37,711 bases of DNA from an uncultured Lachnospiraceae bacterium (GCA_964424675.1 CAYRJT010000001.1:2343-40053), one strand, 5' to 3'; shown: positions 25,309 through 34,693, counted from the first letter of the stretch. Notes: a model not told the origin generated them from the letters alone. A program made the numbers and translations.

Positions 25309-25974
25309 ATGGAATTGACACCAATCTGGATATCGGTCAGGACAGCATGTGTGTCTATATTGATCACTTTTTTTCTGGGAATTCTTGCAGCGAGAGCCGT
25401 TGCATTTTCAAAGAATCGAAAAGCAAAAATGATATGGGATGGCATATTAACACTGCCATTGGTACTGCCTCCGACGGTGGCAGGCTTTTTTCTACTGTAT
25501 CTATTCGGAGTCAAACGTCCGATTGGCAGTCTGCTGGTTAGTTTTTTCGGGGTGAAGGTTCCGTTTTCGTGGGGAGCGACCGTGATTGCGGCAGTTGTGA
25601 TTTCTTTTCCACTCATGTACCGGTCTGCCAGAGGTGCTTTTGAGCAGGTAGATGAGAATCTGCTGAATGCGGGACGTACACTTGGTATGTCTGAGTGGAG
25701 TATTTTCCGGAAGGTTGTACTGCCATGTGCGATGCCGGGCGTACTCTCAGGCGGTGTACTGGCGTTTGCCAGAGGGCTGGGAGAGTTCGGGGCAACGACC
25801 ATGATTGCAGGAAATATTGCCGGAAAGACAAGGACACTGCCGTTAGCTGTTTACTCAGCTGTGGCGGCCGGTGATATGCGGCTGGCATTTCAGTATGTCT
25901 TGATTTTGGTTGTTTTGTCCTTTATCATTGTAGCTGCAATGAATTATTTCGGAATGAAGGGAAGATCAAGATAA
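25309..25974 (+). CDS. modB: Molybdate ABC transporter permease
   Basis: LTLPLVLPPTVAGFFLLYLFG, EQVDENLLNAGRTLGMSEWSIFRKVVLP (EAA loop), FARGLGEFGATTMIAGNI, TRTLPLAVY. The track TTG start at 25273 is less likely. Confidence 0.85.
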   Translation: MELTPIWISVRTACVSILITFFLGILAARAVAFSKNRKAKMIWDGILTLPLVLPPTVAGFFLLYLFGVKRPIGSLLVSFFGVKVPFSWGATVIAAVVISFPLMYRSARGAFEQVDENLLNAGRTLGMSEWSIFRKVVLPCAMPGVLSGGVLAFARGLGEFGATTMIAGNIAGKTRTLPLAVYSAVAAGDMRLAFQYVLILVVLSFIIVAAMNYFGMKGRSR

Positions 25975-25975
25975 C

Positions 25976-27700
25976 ATGAAGCAGCTTTTGGTTTATCTGA
26001 AGAGTTATAAAAAGGAGTGCATTCTTGCTCCGTTATTTAAAATGCTTGAGGCATCCTTTGAATTAATTGTACCGCTCGTGATCGCGGCAATCATTGATCG
26101 GGGAATCGGGAATCACAACAGCAGCTATATTTACCGCAGCTACGGACTGTTGGTTATGCTGGGACTGATCGGTCTGATCTGCGCTGTAACGGCACAGTTT
26201 TTTGCAGCTAAGGCAGCAGTCGGATTCAGCACAGGACTCAGACATGATCTGTTTGACCATCTGCTGGGGCTTTCTTACTCAGAAATCGATACACTGGGGA
26301 CATCTACCATGATTACCAGAATGACAAGTGATGTCAATCAGGCGCAGACCGGTGTGAATATGTTTCTGCGTCTGTTTCTGCGTTCGCCTTTTGTTGTGTT
26401 TGGTGCAATGATCATGGCATTTACGATCGACTTCAAGGCGGCACTGGTATTCGTCGGAGTGATTCTGCTGTTATCATTAGCGGTCGGACTGATCATGAAA
26501 TACAATATCCCAATGCTGAAACAGGTTCAAATGAGACTGGATACCGTATTGTCACTGACTCGTGAAAATCTGTCCGGTGTCCGTGTGATCCGTGCATTCT
26601 GTAAGGAAGAGGAAGAGATTCAGCGTTTTACCGAAAAGAATACAGAACTTGCAGCGGAGCAGAGAAAGGCAGGCAGGCTGTCCGGCGCACTGAATCCGCT
26701 GACCTATATCATTGTCAATCTGGCGATTATCTGTCTGATCCGTGTCGGTGCGGTTCAGGTCAATGAGGGAGTGCTGACACAGGGACAGGTCGTAGCACTC
26801 TATAATTATATGTCTCAGATTCTGGTCGAGCTGATCAAGCTGGCAAATCTGATCATAACACTCAATAAAGCAATCGCATGCGGCAACCGGATCGCAGATG
26901 TTTTATCGGTCAAAAACGGTATGGAGATCTGTTCTGCTGCTGATGTGAGTACAGATCCGGAAGCTGTTTATAAGGTGGAATTCAGGCATGTATCTCTGCG
27001 GTATCATACGTCCGGAGACGAGGCCCTGACAGACATTGATTTTGCAGTGAAAAAGGGTGAGACCATCGGAATCATCGGCGGTACAGGCTCAGGAAAGAGT
27101 TCTGTCATCAACCTGATCCCGCGGTTCTATGATGCGACAGAAGGAGAGGTACTGGTGGATGGCATCAATGTCAAGGAATATCCGGTTGATGTCCTGCGGC
27201 AGAAAATTGGAGTTGTAACACAGAAAGCGGTTCTTTTTCATGGAACGATAGAAGAGAATCTCAGATGGGGCAATGAGCATGCTTCATCTACTGATCTCAC
27301 GGATGCAGTCCACGCGGCAGCTGCAGATGATGTAGTGGCAGCCAAGGGAGGATTGACAGCCGAAATCGCGCAGGGTGGACGCAATCTGTCAGGAGGTCAA
27401 AGGCAGCGGCTGACAATTGCGAGAGCACTGGTTCGAAAACCGGAGATACTGATCCTGGATGACAGTGCCTCGGCACTTGATCTGGCAACAGATGCAAGAC
27501 TTCGCAGTGAGATCATGAAATTACCCTATCAGCCGACAGTATTGATTGTTTCCCAACGTACTTCTTCTATCCGGCATGCGGATCGGATTATCGTTCTGGA
27601 TGACGGAGCAGTTGCCGGCAACGGGACACATGAGGAATTGCTGGATCACTGCAGTGTGTATCAGGAAATCTATGCTTCACAGTTCAAGAAGGAGGCGTAG
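25976..27700 (+). CDS. ABC exporter subunit (TMD-NBD half transporter) contributing the degenerate ATP site
   Basis: Walker A GGTGSGKSS and signature LSGGQRQR. Walker B ILILDD is followed by S, so the catalytic Glu is replaced by Asp. The switch region is VSQR instead of AHR. The ATG lies 1 nt after the modB stop. Confidence 0.85.
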   Translation: MKQLLVYLKSYKKECILAPLFKMLEASFELIVPLVIAAIIDRGIGNHNSSYIYRSYGLLVMLGLIGLICAVTAQFFAAKAAVGFSTGLRHDLFDHLLGLSYSEIDTLGTSTMITRMTSDVNQAQTGVNMFLRLFLRSPFVVFGAMIMAFTIDFKAALVFVGVILLLSLAVGLIMKYNIPMLKQVQMRLDTVLSLTRENLSGVRVIRAFCKEEEEIQRFTEKNTELAAEQRKAGRLSGALNPLTYIIVNLAIICLIRVGAVQVNEGVLTQGQVVALYNYMSQILVELIKLANLIITLNKAIACGNRIADVLSVKNGMEICSAADVSTDPEAVYKVEFRHVSLRYHTSGDEALTDIDFAVKKGETIGIIGGTGSGKSSVINLIPRFYDATEGEVLVDGINVKEYPVDVLRQKIGVVTQKAVLFHGTIEENLRWGNEHASSTDLTDAVHAAAADDVVAAKGGLTAEIAQGGRNLSGGQRQRLTIARALVRKPEILILDDSASALDLATDARLRSEIMKLPYQPTVLIVSQRTSSIRHADRIIVLDDGAVAGNGTHEELLDHCSVYQEIYASQFKKEA

Positions 27701-27706
27701 AGAAGA

Positions 27707-29449
27707 ATGAAATCATTAAATCAGAGACAGACATTTCATAAGGTTTTGCAGCATTTGAAAAAATACAGATTATTAATGACAGCGACCATATTACTGGCAG
27801 TGATTTCAGTTGCACTGACACTGTATGTGCCGATTCTGATCGGAGCGGCGATAGATCTCATCGTTTACAGACAGGTAGATTTTGCAGGCATTTCTATTTT
27901 CATCATAAGAGTGATTTTTGTATCTGTGATCGTAGCACTTGCCCAGTGGCTGATGAATGTGATTAATAACAGGATGGCATACCTTGTAGTGCGTGATATC
28001 AGGAATGAAGCATTTGAAAAGCTGGAGATTCTGCCGCTTAGCTATCTGGATGCGCAGTCTCAGGGAGGCATCGTCAGTCGTATCATTGCCGATGTGGATC
28101 AGTTTGCTGACGGTCTGCTGATGGGCTTTACACAGCTGTTTACAGGTGTGGTGACCATTCTGGGAACACTCGCTTTTATGCTGTCCATGAATGTAAAGAT
28201 TACACTCGTTGTTGTACTGGTAACACCATTGTCACTGTTCGTTGCCAGATTTATTGCAAATAAGACTTTTTTAATGTTTCGTGAACAGTCAGAAATCCGT
28301 GGTGAACAGACGGCACTGATTGATGAAATGATCGGGAATGTAAAGGTAGTCAAGGCTTTTTCTCATGAAGAGCAGGTACTGGAGAGATTTGACGAAATGA
28401 ACGGAAAGCTGCAAAAAGCTTCCCTGCGCGCTATTTTCTTTTCATCCCTGACCAATCCGTCCACGCGGTTTGTCAACAGTATTGTCTATGCAGGAGTGGC
28501 ATTGACTGGTGCAGCAGCTGTATTGAATGGTGGTATGACGGTGGGTATCCTTTCCTGTTTTCTCAGCTATGCCAATCAATATACAAAGCCATTCAATGAA
28601 ATCTCAGGTGTGGTAACGGAATTGCAGAATGCCATTGCCTGTGCTGCGAGAATTTTTGAGCTGATTGATGAGAAGCCACAGAAGCCTGATGACGAGGCAG
28701 CGGGGATACTGAATGAGGCAGAGGGATCTGTGGTCTGTGAACAGGTGGACTTTTCGTATACAAAGGATAAGCCCCTGATCGAAAATCTGAATGTGATGGT
28801 AAAACCGGGAGAAAAGGTTGCCATTGTCGGACCTACCGGATGCGGAAAAACAACGATCATCAATCTGCTGATGCGCTTCTATGATGTAGATCACGGCAGT
28901 ATCAGCGTAGACGGAACCGATATCAGGAAGATCACCAGGAACAGTCTCAGGACTTCTTATGGAATGGTGCTGCAGGATACATGGCTTCGGAGCGGGACCA
29001 TCAGAGACAACATTATCATGGGAAGACCGGAGGCAACAGAGGAAGAAATCATCGCAGCCGCAAAAGAAGCCTACGCACATTCTTTTATTCGCAGACTGCC
29101 GCAGGGATATGATACGGTGATCGGGGAGGATGGAGGTATGCTGTCCCAGGGACAGAAACAGCTGCTGTGCATTACCAGAGTTATGCTGTGCCTGCCACCG
29201 ATGCTGATTCTGGATGAGGCTACATCTTCTATAGATACACGCACTGAAATGAAGATCCAGAGTGCATTCAATAAACTGATGGAAGGCAAAACGAGTTTTA
29301 TCGTAGCACATCGGCTTTCGACGATTCAGAATGCGGACATCATACTGGTCATGAAGGACGGAAAGATTATCGAACAGGGCAGCCATGAGGAACTGCTGGC
29401 GCGTGCCGGATTTTATGCACAGCTGTATAACAGCCAATTCTACTCGTAG
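27707..29449 (+). CDS. ABC exporter subunit (TMD-NBD half transporter) contributing the consensus ATP site
   Basis: Walker A GPTGCGKTT. Walker B MLILDEATSSID has the canonical Glu, and the H-loop is VAHRLSTI. The signature is degenerate, LSQGQKQ. This is the complementary pattern to the preceding subunit. Confidence 0.85.
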   Translation: MKSLNQRQTFHKVLQHLKKYRLLMTATILLAVISVALTLYVPILIGAAIDLIVYRQVDFAGISIFIIRVIFVSVIVALAQWLMNVINNRMAYLVVRDIRNEAFEKLEILPLSYLDAQSQGGIVSRIIADVDQFADGLLMGFTQLFTGVVTILGTLAFMLSMNVKITLVVVLVTPLSLFVARFIANKTFLMFREQSEIRGEQTALIDEMIGNVKVVKAFSHEEQVLERFDEMNGKLQKASLRAIFFSSLTNPSTRFVNSIVYAGVALTGAAAVLNGGMTVGILSCFLSYANQYTKPFNEISGVVTELQNAIACAARIFELIDEKPQKPDDEAAGILNEAEGSVVCEQVDFSYTKDKPLIENLNVMVKPGEKVAIVGPTGCGKTTIINLLMRFYDVDHGSISVDGTDIRKITRNSLRTSYGMVLQDTWLRSGTIRDNIIMGRPEATEEEIIAAAKEAYAHSFIRRLPQGYDTVIGEDGGMLSQGQKQLLCITRVMLCLPPMLILDEATSSIDTRTEMKIQSAFNKLMEGKTSFIVAHRLSTIQNADIILVMKDGKIIEQGSHEELLARAGFYAQLYNSQFYS

Positions 29450-29498
29450 TGAAGGGTTTATATTATAATGTCGAAGAAACATGGACGCGAGGTAACAG

Positions 29499-30620
29499 AT
29501 GGTTCTGACAGTCAAAATCAAAAAGAAATTAAAGAATTTCACACTGGATGTCAATTTTTCTGCAGAGGCTGGGTGCATGGGTATTTTGGGAGCCTCTGGT
29601 TCTGGAAAGAGCATGACCTTAAAATGCATAGCCGGTATTGAGACACCGGATGAAGGCATCATTATCTTAGATCACAAGATATTGTTTGACTCAGACAAGG
29701 GTATTGATCTGAGGCCGCAGGAGCGCAGGGTAGGATATCTCTTTCAGAATTATGCATTGTTTCCGAATATGACAGTGGCCGAGAATATAGCAATCGGATG
29801 GAAAACACGACATCCATCGGCTGAAAATCATGATACAGATGAGCAGGTGTCAAAAATGATACAGAGATTTCATCTGTCTGGTTTGGAACACCAGTATCCC
29901 ACAAGCCTGTCCGGTGGCGAGCAGCAGAGGACGGCTGTGGCGAGGATGCTGCTGACAGAGCCGGAGGTACTGTTGTTTGATGAGCCATTTTCAGCATTGG
30001 ATACCTACCTGAAAGAGGAGCTGCAGGCTGAGCTCGGTAAAATCATGCAGGAATTCGGAGGAGTTTCGCTGTTAGTAACGCACAGCAGGGATGAGGTCTA
30101 TAAGCTGAGTGATACACTTTTCGTCATTGAGAGTGGTCAGGGAACCTGCCACGGTGATACCAAGGATTTATTCCGTAATCCAAGAAATCTGGCAGCAGCA
30201 CGTCTGACAGGCTGCAAGAATATTTCACCGGTGACTGCTGAATCTGAGAATGTGGTCTTGGCATCGAAGTGGAATCTGCATATACAGATACCTTCACAAA
30301 GCATTGATAAGAGCAGGATGTATATTGGTATCCGGGCACATGATTTTCATAGATACAAAAGATGCACTGAGAAGCCGGTTCAGGTGGAAGAAAAATCCCT
30401 CACAGAAGAAAAGCCGGAGAATACATTTGCAGTTCAAATAAGAGAAATCACAGAAGCTCCGTTTGAATGGAACGTGATGTTTACGATAGCCGGAGAGCCG
30501 GAGGATACAGACAGGCTTTGGTGGAAGGTCAGCAAGGAAATTATACAGACACGAGAGGAACTTGGGCAGGTCGAGATGCTGACAATCAAGAAGGATGGGA
30601 TATTGCTGCTCGATGAGTGA
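29499..30620 (+). CDS. modC: ABC importer ATPase of the molybdate/sulfate type with a C-terminal TOBE-like domain (ModC-like)
   Basis: GASGSGKSMTLKCIAGIETPD, LSGGEQQRTAVARML, LLFDEPFSALD, VTHSRDE, then about 130 aa of beta-rich C-terminal extension. GAGG RBS. Confidence 0.65.
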   Translation: MVLTVKIKKKLKNFTLDVNFSAEAGCMGILGASGSGKSMTLKCIAGIETPDEGIIILDHKILFDSDKGIDLRPQERRVGYLFQNYALFPNMTVAENIAIGWKTRHPSAENHDTDEQVSKMIQRFHLSGLEHQYPTSLSGGEQQRTAVARMLLTEPEVLLFDEPFSALDTYLKEELQAELGKIMQEFGGVSLLVTHSRDEVYKLSDTLFVIESGQGTCHGDTKDLFRNPRNLAAARLTGCKNISPVTAESENVVLASKWNLHIQIPSQSIDKSRMYIGIRAHDFHRYKRCTEKPVQVEEKSLTEEKPENTFAVQIREITEAPFEWNVMFTIAGEPEDTDRLWWKVSKEIIQTREELGQVEMLTIKKDGILLLDE

Positions 30621-30670
30621 GCAGTCATACCCAAGTGTGATTTTATGGATTTTGTTATGAGGATGAAAGT

Positions 30671-31207
30671 TTGAATGATATTATTTTAGTTGCACCAGGC
30701 GAGATTCCGGCACGAGAAGCGCTTGATTACATTGAAGAGCATAAAAAGTACGGGGAGGATTATCTGCATGGCAGTTCTTTACTGCACCAGGCTCCGTCCT
30801 ATGTAGAGTGGCTGGAGCAGATTCGCAGGAATTCGGATGAGAAGACTGTGCAGAAGGATTGGGTGGTATCGTCCACCTTTTTTGCAGTACGGGAAAGTGA
30901 CCGCAGGATTGTAGGTATGGTAGACATCAGACATACACTCAATGATTTCCTACGGGATAAAGGCGGACATATCGGCTATGGAGTGCGCCCGACCGAGCGA
31001 CGGAAGGGATATGCCACTCAGATGCTGGAGCAGACGCTTGCATACTGTGCAATATTAGGGATTGAACGTGTGATGATCGCGTGCTACAGTGATAATGTCG
31101 GCTCCAGAAAAACGATACTGAAATGCGGCGGACAGTTGGAACGCACATTTACAGATGGTACCGGAAAAACCGTGGAGATATACTGGGCAGACTGCAGTCG
31201 GGACTGA
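30671..31207 (+). CDS. GNAT-family N-acetyltransferase, TTG start
   Basis: IVGMVDIRHTLNDFLRDKGGHIGYGVRPTERRKGYATQMLEQTLAY is the GNAT acetyl-CoA-binding core. AGGA lies 7 nt before the TTG. There is no in-frame ATG nearby. Confidence 0.7.
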   Translation: MNDIILVAPGEIPAREALDYIEEHKKYGEDYLHGSSLLHQAPSYVEWLEQIRRNSDEKTVQKDWVVSSTFFAVRESDRRIVGMVDIRHTLNDFLRDKGGHIGYGVRPTERRKGYATQMLEQTLAYCAILGIERVMIACYSDNVGSRKTILKCGGQLERTFTDGTGKTVEIYWADCSRD

Positions 31208-31271
31208 TGTCAGAGTGTTGAAGATCTGCAAACCGGCACCCAGATCATACAGCAGGGAGTGACAAAATGCC

Positions 31272-31898
31272 ATGAATACGGCAGAGAAACAAGAGAAGAA
31301 ACGACATCCAAAATTGCTGGATCAGGATATGAGGCCTGTATTATTTGAGATGTTTGAGATGTCAGGCGAGCGGATGCGGATCATGGAGGAGTTTGTCCTG
31401 TGTAGAAAATGCAGAGCAGACGCAGTGATGTTTGCACCAGAACGCGGGATTATCGGATTTGAAATCAAAAGTGACAGAGATTCGCTGGAACGTCTGGAGC
31501 ATCAGGTCAGAGACTACAGCAGATTCTGCGATTACAATTATCTCGTAACAGGGGCAAAATATATCAGCAAGGCAGCGGAGGTACTGCCGGAGTTCTGGGG
31601 TATCTACTGCATTTCAGAACAAAATGGTATATTAAAGCTGACGATTGAACGTGAGGCGGCTGTCAGTCCGAAGGTGCGGCTTCAGAATCAACTGAAGTTC
31701 CTTTGGAGAAACGAACTGATCGATATCATGAAGCGTCATAAAATCAGGGGCTACAGCAGCAGAAATAAGAGCAAAATCCGGCGACTGTTGTTGGACAATA
31801 TGGACAAGCAGGAATTAAAAAGTGAGTTATTTGAAATGATGATGGAGCGCGATTACTCGATTTATGAAGAGGCTGCAGAGGATGAAGATATCATATAA
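31272..31898 (+). CDS. PD-(D/E)xK nuclease-fold protein (MmcB / sce7726-like)
   Basis: RADAVMF...GFEIKSDRDSLERLEHQVRDYSRFCDYNYLV fits a D...ExK core followed by the Y..fCD motif of MmcB-like proteins. The assignment is from memory of the family pattern only. Confidence 0.45.
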   Translation: MNTAEKQEKKRHPKLLDQDMRPVLFEMFEMSGERMRIMEEFVLCRKCRADAVMFAPERGIIGFEIKSDRDSLERLEHQVRDYSRFCDYNYLVTGAKYISKAAEVLPEFWGIYCISEQNGILKLTIEREAAVSPKVRLQNQLKFLWRNELIDIMKRHKIRGYSSRNKSKIRRLLLDNMDKQELKSELFEMMMERDYSIYEEAAEDEDII

Positions 31899-32051
31899 AG
31901 GCCAAAGCTCTGATCATCAGAGACAAATGAAGGTCAAATGAACTGTAGTATCAAAATCTCTATGTCGAGTACGATAAATCGGACACGTCCTATGCGATAA
32001 TCGAATCATGGAACAGAAATAGAATGATTTGATGAAGCGGAGGGCATTGAG

Positions 32052-32420
32052 ATGAAAAAGAGATTCATTAAGGTTTGTGCAGCGATGATCGGGTTTGCAC
32101 TGATTGTAGGGCTTACCACAAGGACAGTATCGGGTAAGGAGCAGAAGCCGGAGCATCCGACCGTGAATGTATACGAGATGATGGAAGAGGAGTATCTGAC
32201 AGAGATCAAGGCAGTACTGGCACAGAATCATTACAGCAACAGTGGAGTCAATATGACCAAGGTCATTGATGCTGATGAAAATTATTTTTATACAATTCAA
32301 ATCTACCATGCCCGTCTCAGTCAGGCAGATACTGCTCAAAAGCAGCAGCTGATCAGCCAGCTGGAAGCGTTAAGCGGATTTGGAGAGTATGGAACGGTAG
32401 AGTATCAGATTGCAATGTAG
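32052..32420 (+). CDS. Small secreted or membrane-anchored hypothetical protein, 122 aa
   Basis: The N-terminal signal or anchor sequence is MKKRFIKVCAAMIGFALIVGLTT. GGAGGG RBS lies 7 nt upstream. Confidence 0.5.
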   Translation: MKKRFIKVCAAMIGFALIVGLTTRTVSGKEQKPEHPTVNVYEMMEEEYLTEIKAVLAQNHYSNSGVNMTKVIDADENYFYTIQIYHARLSQADTAQKQQLISQLEALSGFGEYGTVEYQIAM

Positions 32421-32529
32421 AACAAAACATGCATAGAATTCCGAATAAATACATAGATTAGTAAATATCCATCAGATTTTGTTACAGACAGTGTGGTGGA
32501 AAACAAATCATATAAGATGTATAAGGGGA

Positions 32530-33648
32530 ATGAGCATGAGTCAGATTACTAGATATTTTGCGGGAGGAAACACGGCAGACGGCTTTGTGAGTTTCTTCCC
32601 GTTTGTTTTGCCACCTCAGGACAGAAAGAGAATGTTTTTCATCAAAGGCGGCCCCGGGGTAGGAAAGAGCAGTTTTATGAAGGTCATCGGATCCGAGATG
32701 GAACAGGCAGGTTATGATGTTGAGTACTTCTATTGTTCTGGAGATCCGGAATGTCTGGATGCTGTGGCAGTGCCGAAGCTCGGTGTCGGCATCATGGATG
32801 CCACTGCTCCGCATTCCTATGATCCGGAGATTCCGGGTGCGCGCGATACGCTGATCAGTCTGGGGGATTTTCTGGATGAGAGGGCAATGAGTCCGTTTGT
32901 CTCTGAAATCGAACATATCAATGCCCATATCAGCAGGAGCTATCGCAATTGCTATCATTATCTCAAGTCAGCAGCCGAGTTGAAAACAGTTGCTGAAGAA
33001 GGCGAAAACCGTGATATAATCAGAGGAGATTCCTCGCGAGGCGAGATGCCCCTGATCATGATAAAAGAAAGAATCATGATTCAAAGATACGTAAAGGGAC
33101 TGCTGGAGAAATATAGTAACGATGATGAAGCGATACAGCAGGCAGATGAGCCATATATCGGGACAAATCGCAATCTGTTCTGTACGGCGTATACACACAT
33201 GGGATTGGTCAGCTATCTGGATGCGATACCACGGGAACGGACAGCTTTGATTCTGGAACATAATGAACAGAGAGTAGACATGATATTGAGAGAACTCAGG
33301 ATACAGATCATGAACAGCGGCAGGAATACGGTCTCACTTTATCATCCGCTGAGATCCACACTGCTGTCGCATCTGTATATTCCAGAGGATCAATTACTGT
33401 TTACAGGGGATATGGCGTTAAAGAACTCGGCCGAATTGTGTAATTCCTATCATGCTTCGGGCATTACCCAAGGGGATACTTTACAGGATCAGAATTTTGA
33501 TGAACTCATTTTGCATGCCATTACGCAGCTGAAATCCGCAAAAAAAGCACATGACGAGCTGGAAAGCTATTACGTTAAAAATATGAATTTCACGGGAGTT
33601 TCAGAGAAATTAAATGAAGTTTTAACAAAAATCAGGAGAGAACAATGA
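32530..33648 (+). CDS. Conserved Firmicute P-loop ATPase of unknown function
   Basis: The opening RYFAGGNTADGFVSFF and FIKGGPGVGKSSFMKVIG (Walker A) match a conserved Bacilli/Clostridia hypothetical ATPase family. AAGGGGA RBS lies before the ATG at 32530. Confidence 0.65.
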   Translation: MSMSQITRYFAGGNTADGFVSFFPFVLPPQDRKRMFFIKGGPGVGKSSFMKVIGSEMEQAGYDVEYFYCSGDPECLDAVAVPKLGVGIMDATAPHSYDPEIPGARDTLISLGDFLDERAMSPFVSEIEHINAHISRSYRNCYHYLKSAAELKTVAEEGENRDIIRGDSSRGEMPLIMIKERIMIQRYVKGLLEKYSNDDEAIQQADEPYIGTNRNLFCTAYTHMGLVSYLDAIPRERTALILEHNEQRVDMILRELRIQIMNSGRNTVSLYHPLRSTLLSHLYIPEDQLLFTGDMALKNSAELCNSYHASGITQGDTLQDQNFDELILHAITQLKSAKKAHDELESYYVKNMNFTGVSEKLNEVLTKIRREQ

Positions 33649-33965
33649 ACACATTTGATAAAATCTATGAGGTAGTAAAGAAAATCCCCAAAGGACAGGT
33701 GGCAACCTATGGTCAGGTTGCCGCCCTGGCTGGAAATAAACGTTGGTCACGCGTGGTGGGTTATGCACTGCATGCCAATCCGGATGGAGATGCGATTCCC
33801 TGTTATCGTGTTGTAACGAAAGATGGCAGAGTAGCGTCTGGCTTCGCCTTTGGCGGTGCCGGAGTTCAGCGAGAACTTCTGGAAGCCGATGGAGTTGAAT
33901 TCAAGGATGATCATGTCATTATGGAAAAATACCAGTGGGACACGCCATTCTATGGGATGGATTAA
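33645..33965 (+). CDS. MGMT-family (O6-alkylguanine transferase DNA-binding domain) protein, 106 aa, with PCYR in place of PCHR
   Basis: IPKGQVATYGQVAALAG and AIPCYRVV. The start overlaps the stop of the ATPase gene (ATGA at 33645-33648). Confidence 0.8.
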   Translation: MNTFDKIYEVVKKIPKGQVATYGQVAALAGNKRWSRVVGYALHANPDGDAIPCYRVVTKDGRVASGFAFGGAGVQRELLEADGVEFKDDHVIMEKYQWDTPFYGMD

Positions 33966-33976
33966 ACTCTAAGGGC

Positions 33977-34630
33977 TTACTTCTCAGTCTTGCTAAATAC
34001 TGACTTTGGCTGTCCACAGACTGGGCATTTATAATCATCCGGAAGCTCCTCAAACGGAATCTCTCCGTCATATTCATAACCACACACGGTGCATTTCCAG
34101 ACAGTTCTGGTCTCTGCTGCCGGAGTATCCTCCTCTGGAATATAAGTAGGCGCATTCTTAGGACTCTTACCCTTCACAACCTTGTGATAATAAGCATAAG
34201 TCATCGCTTCAGCGGATCCGAACACATCTCCGTCAATCAATTCTCCAAGAAAGATTGTATGTGAAGAGGTCTCCGTCTCACCAATTACCTTGAATACCAT
34301 ATATCCACAGGAATCAGGAATGACCGGAAGTCCTTCCTTCATTTCATAAGGAACAGAAGCAAACTTATCCACATCCTTACCCGATTGGAAACCAAACGTT
34401 CCAATCAAAGAGGGCTCACTGTCCACAGACAAGATAGAAACTGCAAATTTTCCTGTTTTCCGGATACACCCGTTTGTAAAATTATCATGATTCATACTCA
34501 GCGCTACAGTCACCGGAGATGAAGTAATCTGCATCACACTATTCGCTACACACCCCGTAGCCCTGTCTCCATCCAGCGTGGAAATCACATAAACCCCATA
34601 AGACAAATTCCTCAAAACATTCGTATTCAT
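33977..34630 (-). CDS. Flavin reductase-rubredoxin fusion (high-molecular-weight rubredoxin type)
   Basis: The N-terminal flavin-reductase-like domain contains SYGVYVIST...[14 protein letters not shown]. The C-terminal rubredoxin has [10 protein letters not shown] and [20 protein letters not shown]. Confidence 0.85.
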   Translation of the reverse strand: MNTNVLRNLSYGVYVISTLDGDRATGCVANSVMQITSSPVTVALSMNHDNFTNGCIRKTGKFAVSILSVDSEPSLIGTFGFQSGKDVDKFASVPYEMKEGLPVIPDSCGYMVFKVIGETETSSHTIFLGELIDGDVFGSAEAMTYAYYHKVVKGKSPKNAPTYIPEEDTPAAETRTVWKCTVCGYEYDGEIPFEELPDDYKCPVCGQPKSVFSKTEK

Positions 34631-34678
34631 AAAATCCTCCTTCTGAAAGTCAATTAATTAGGAAATAGTATCTATAAA

Positions 34679-34693
34679 TAGTAATAATTACTA
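34679..34693. promoter_or_regulatory. Perfect 7-1-7 palindrome TAGTAAT-A-ATTACTA, a Fur-family (Zur/PerR-like) operator candidate
   Basis: It lies 12-26 nt downstream of the predicted -10 of the flavin reductase-rubredoxin gene. It matches the B. subtilis Zur box TCGTAATnATTACGA at 13 of 15 positions. Confidence 0.4.

Noticed and set aside
28604-29662. A 352-aa minus-strand ORF, the longest unexplained ORF in the track.
   Set aside because: It lies antisense to the nucleotide-binding domain of the second ABC exporter gene and to the start of the modC-like gene. Its translation is Cys/His/Arg/Leu-rich with no recognisable motifs. Long antisense ORFs opposite ABC ATPase domains are a common artefact.
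30657-30674. A five-codon upstream ORF (ATGAGGATGAAAGTTTGA) overlapping the TTG start of the GNAT gene.
   Set aside because: It is very short and has no RBS of its own. Its AGGA more plausibly serves as the RBS of the GNAT gene.
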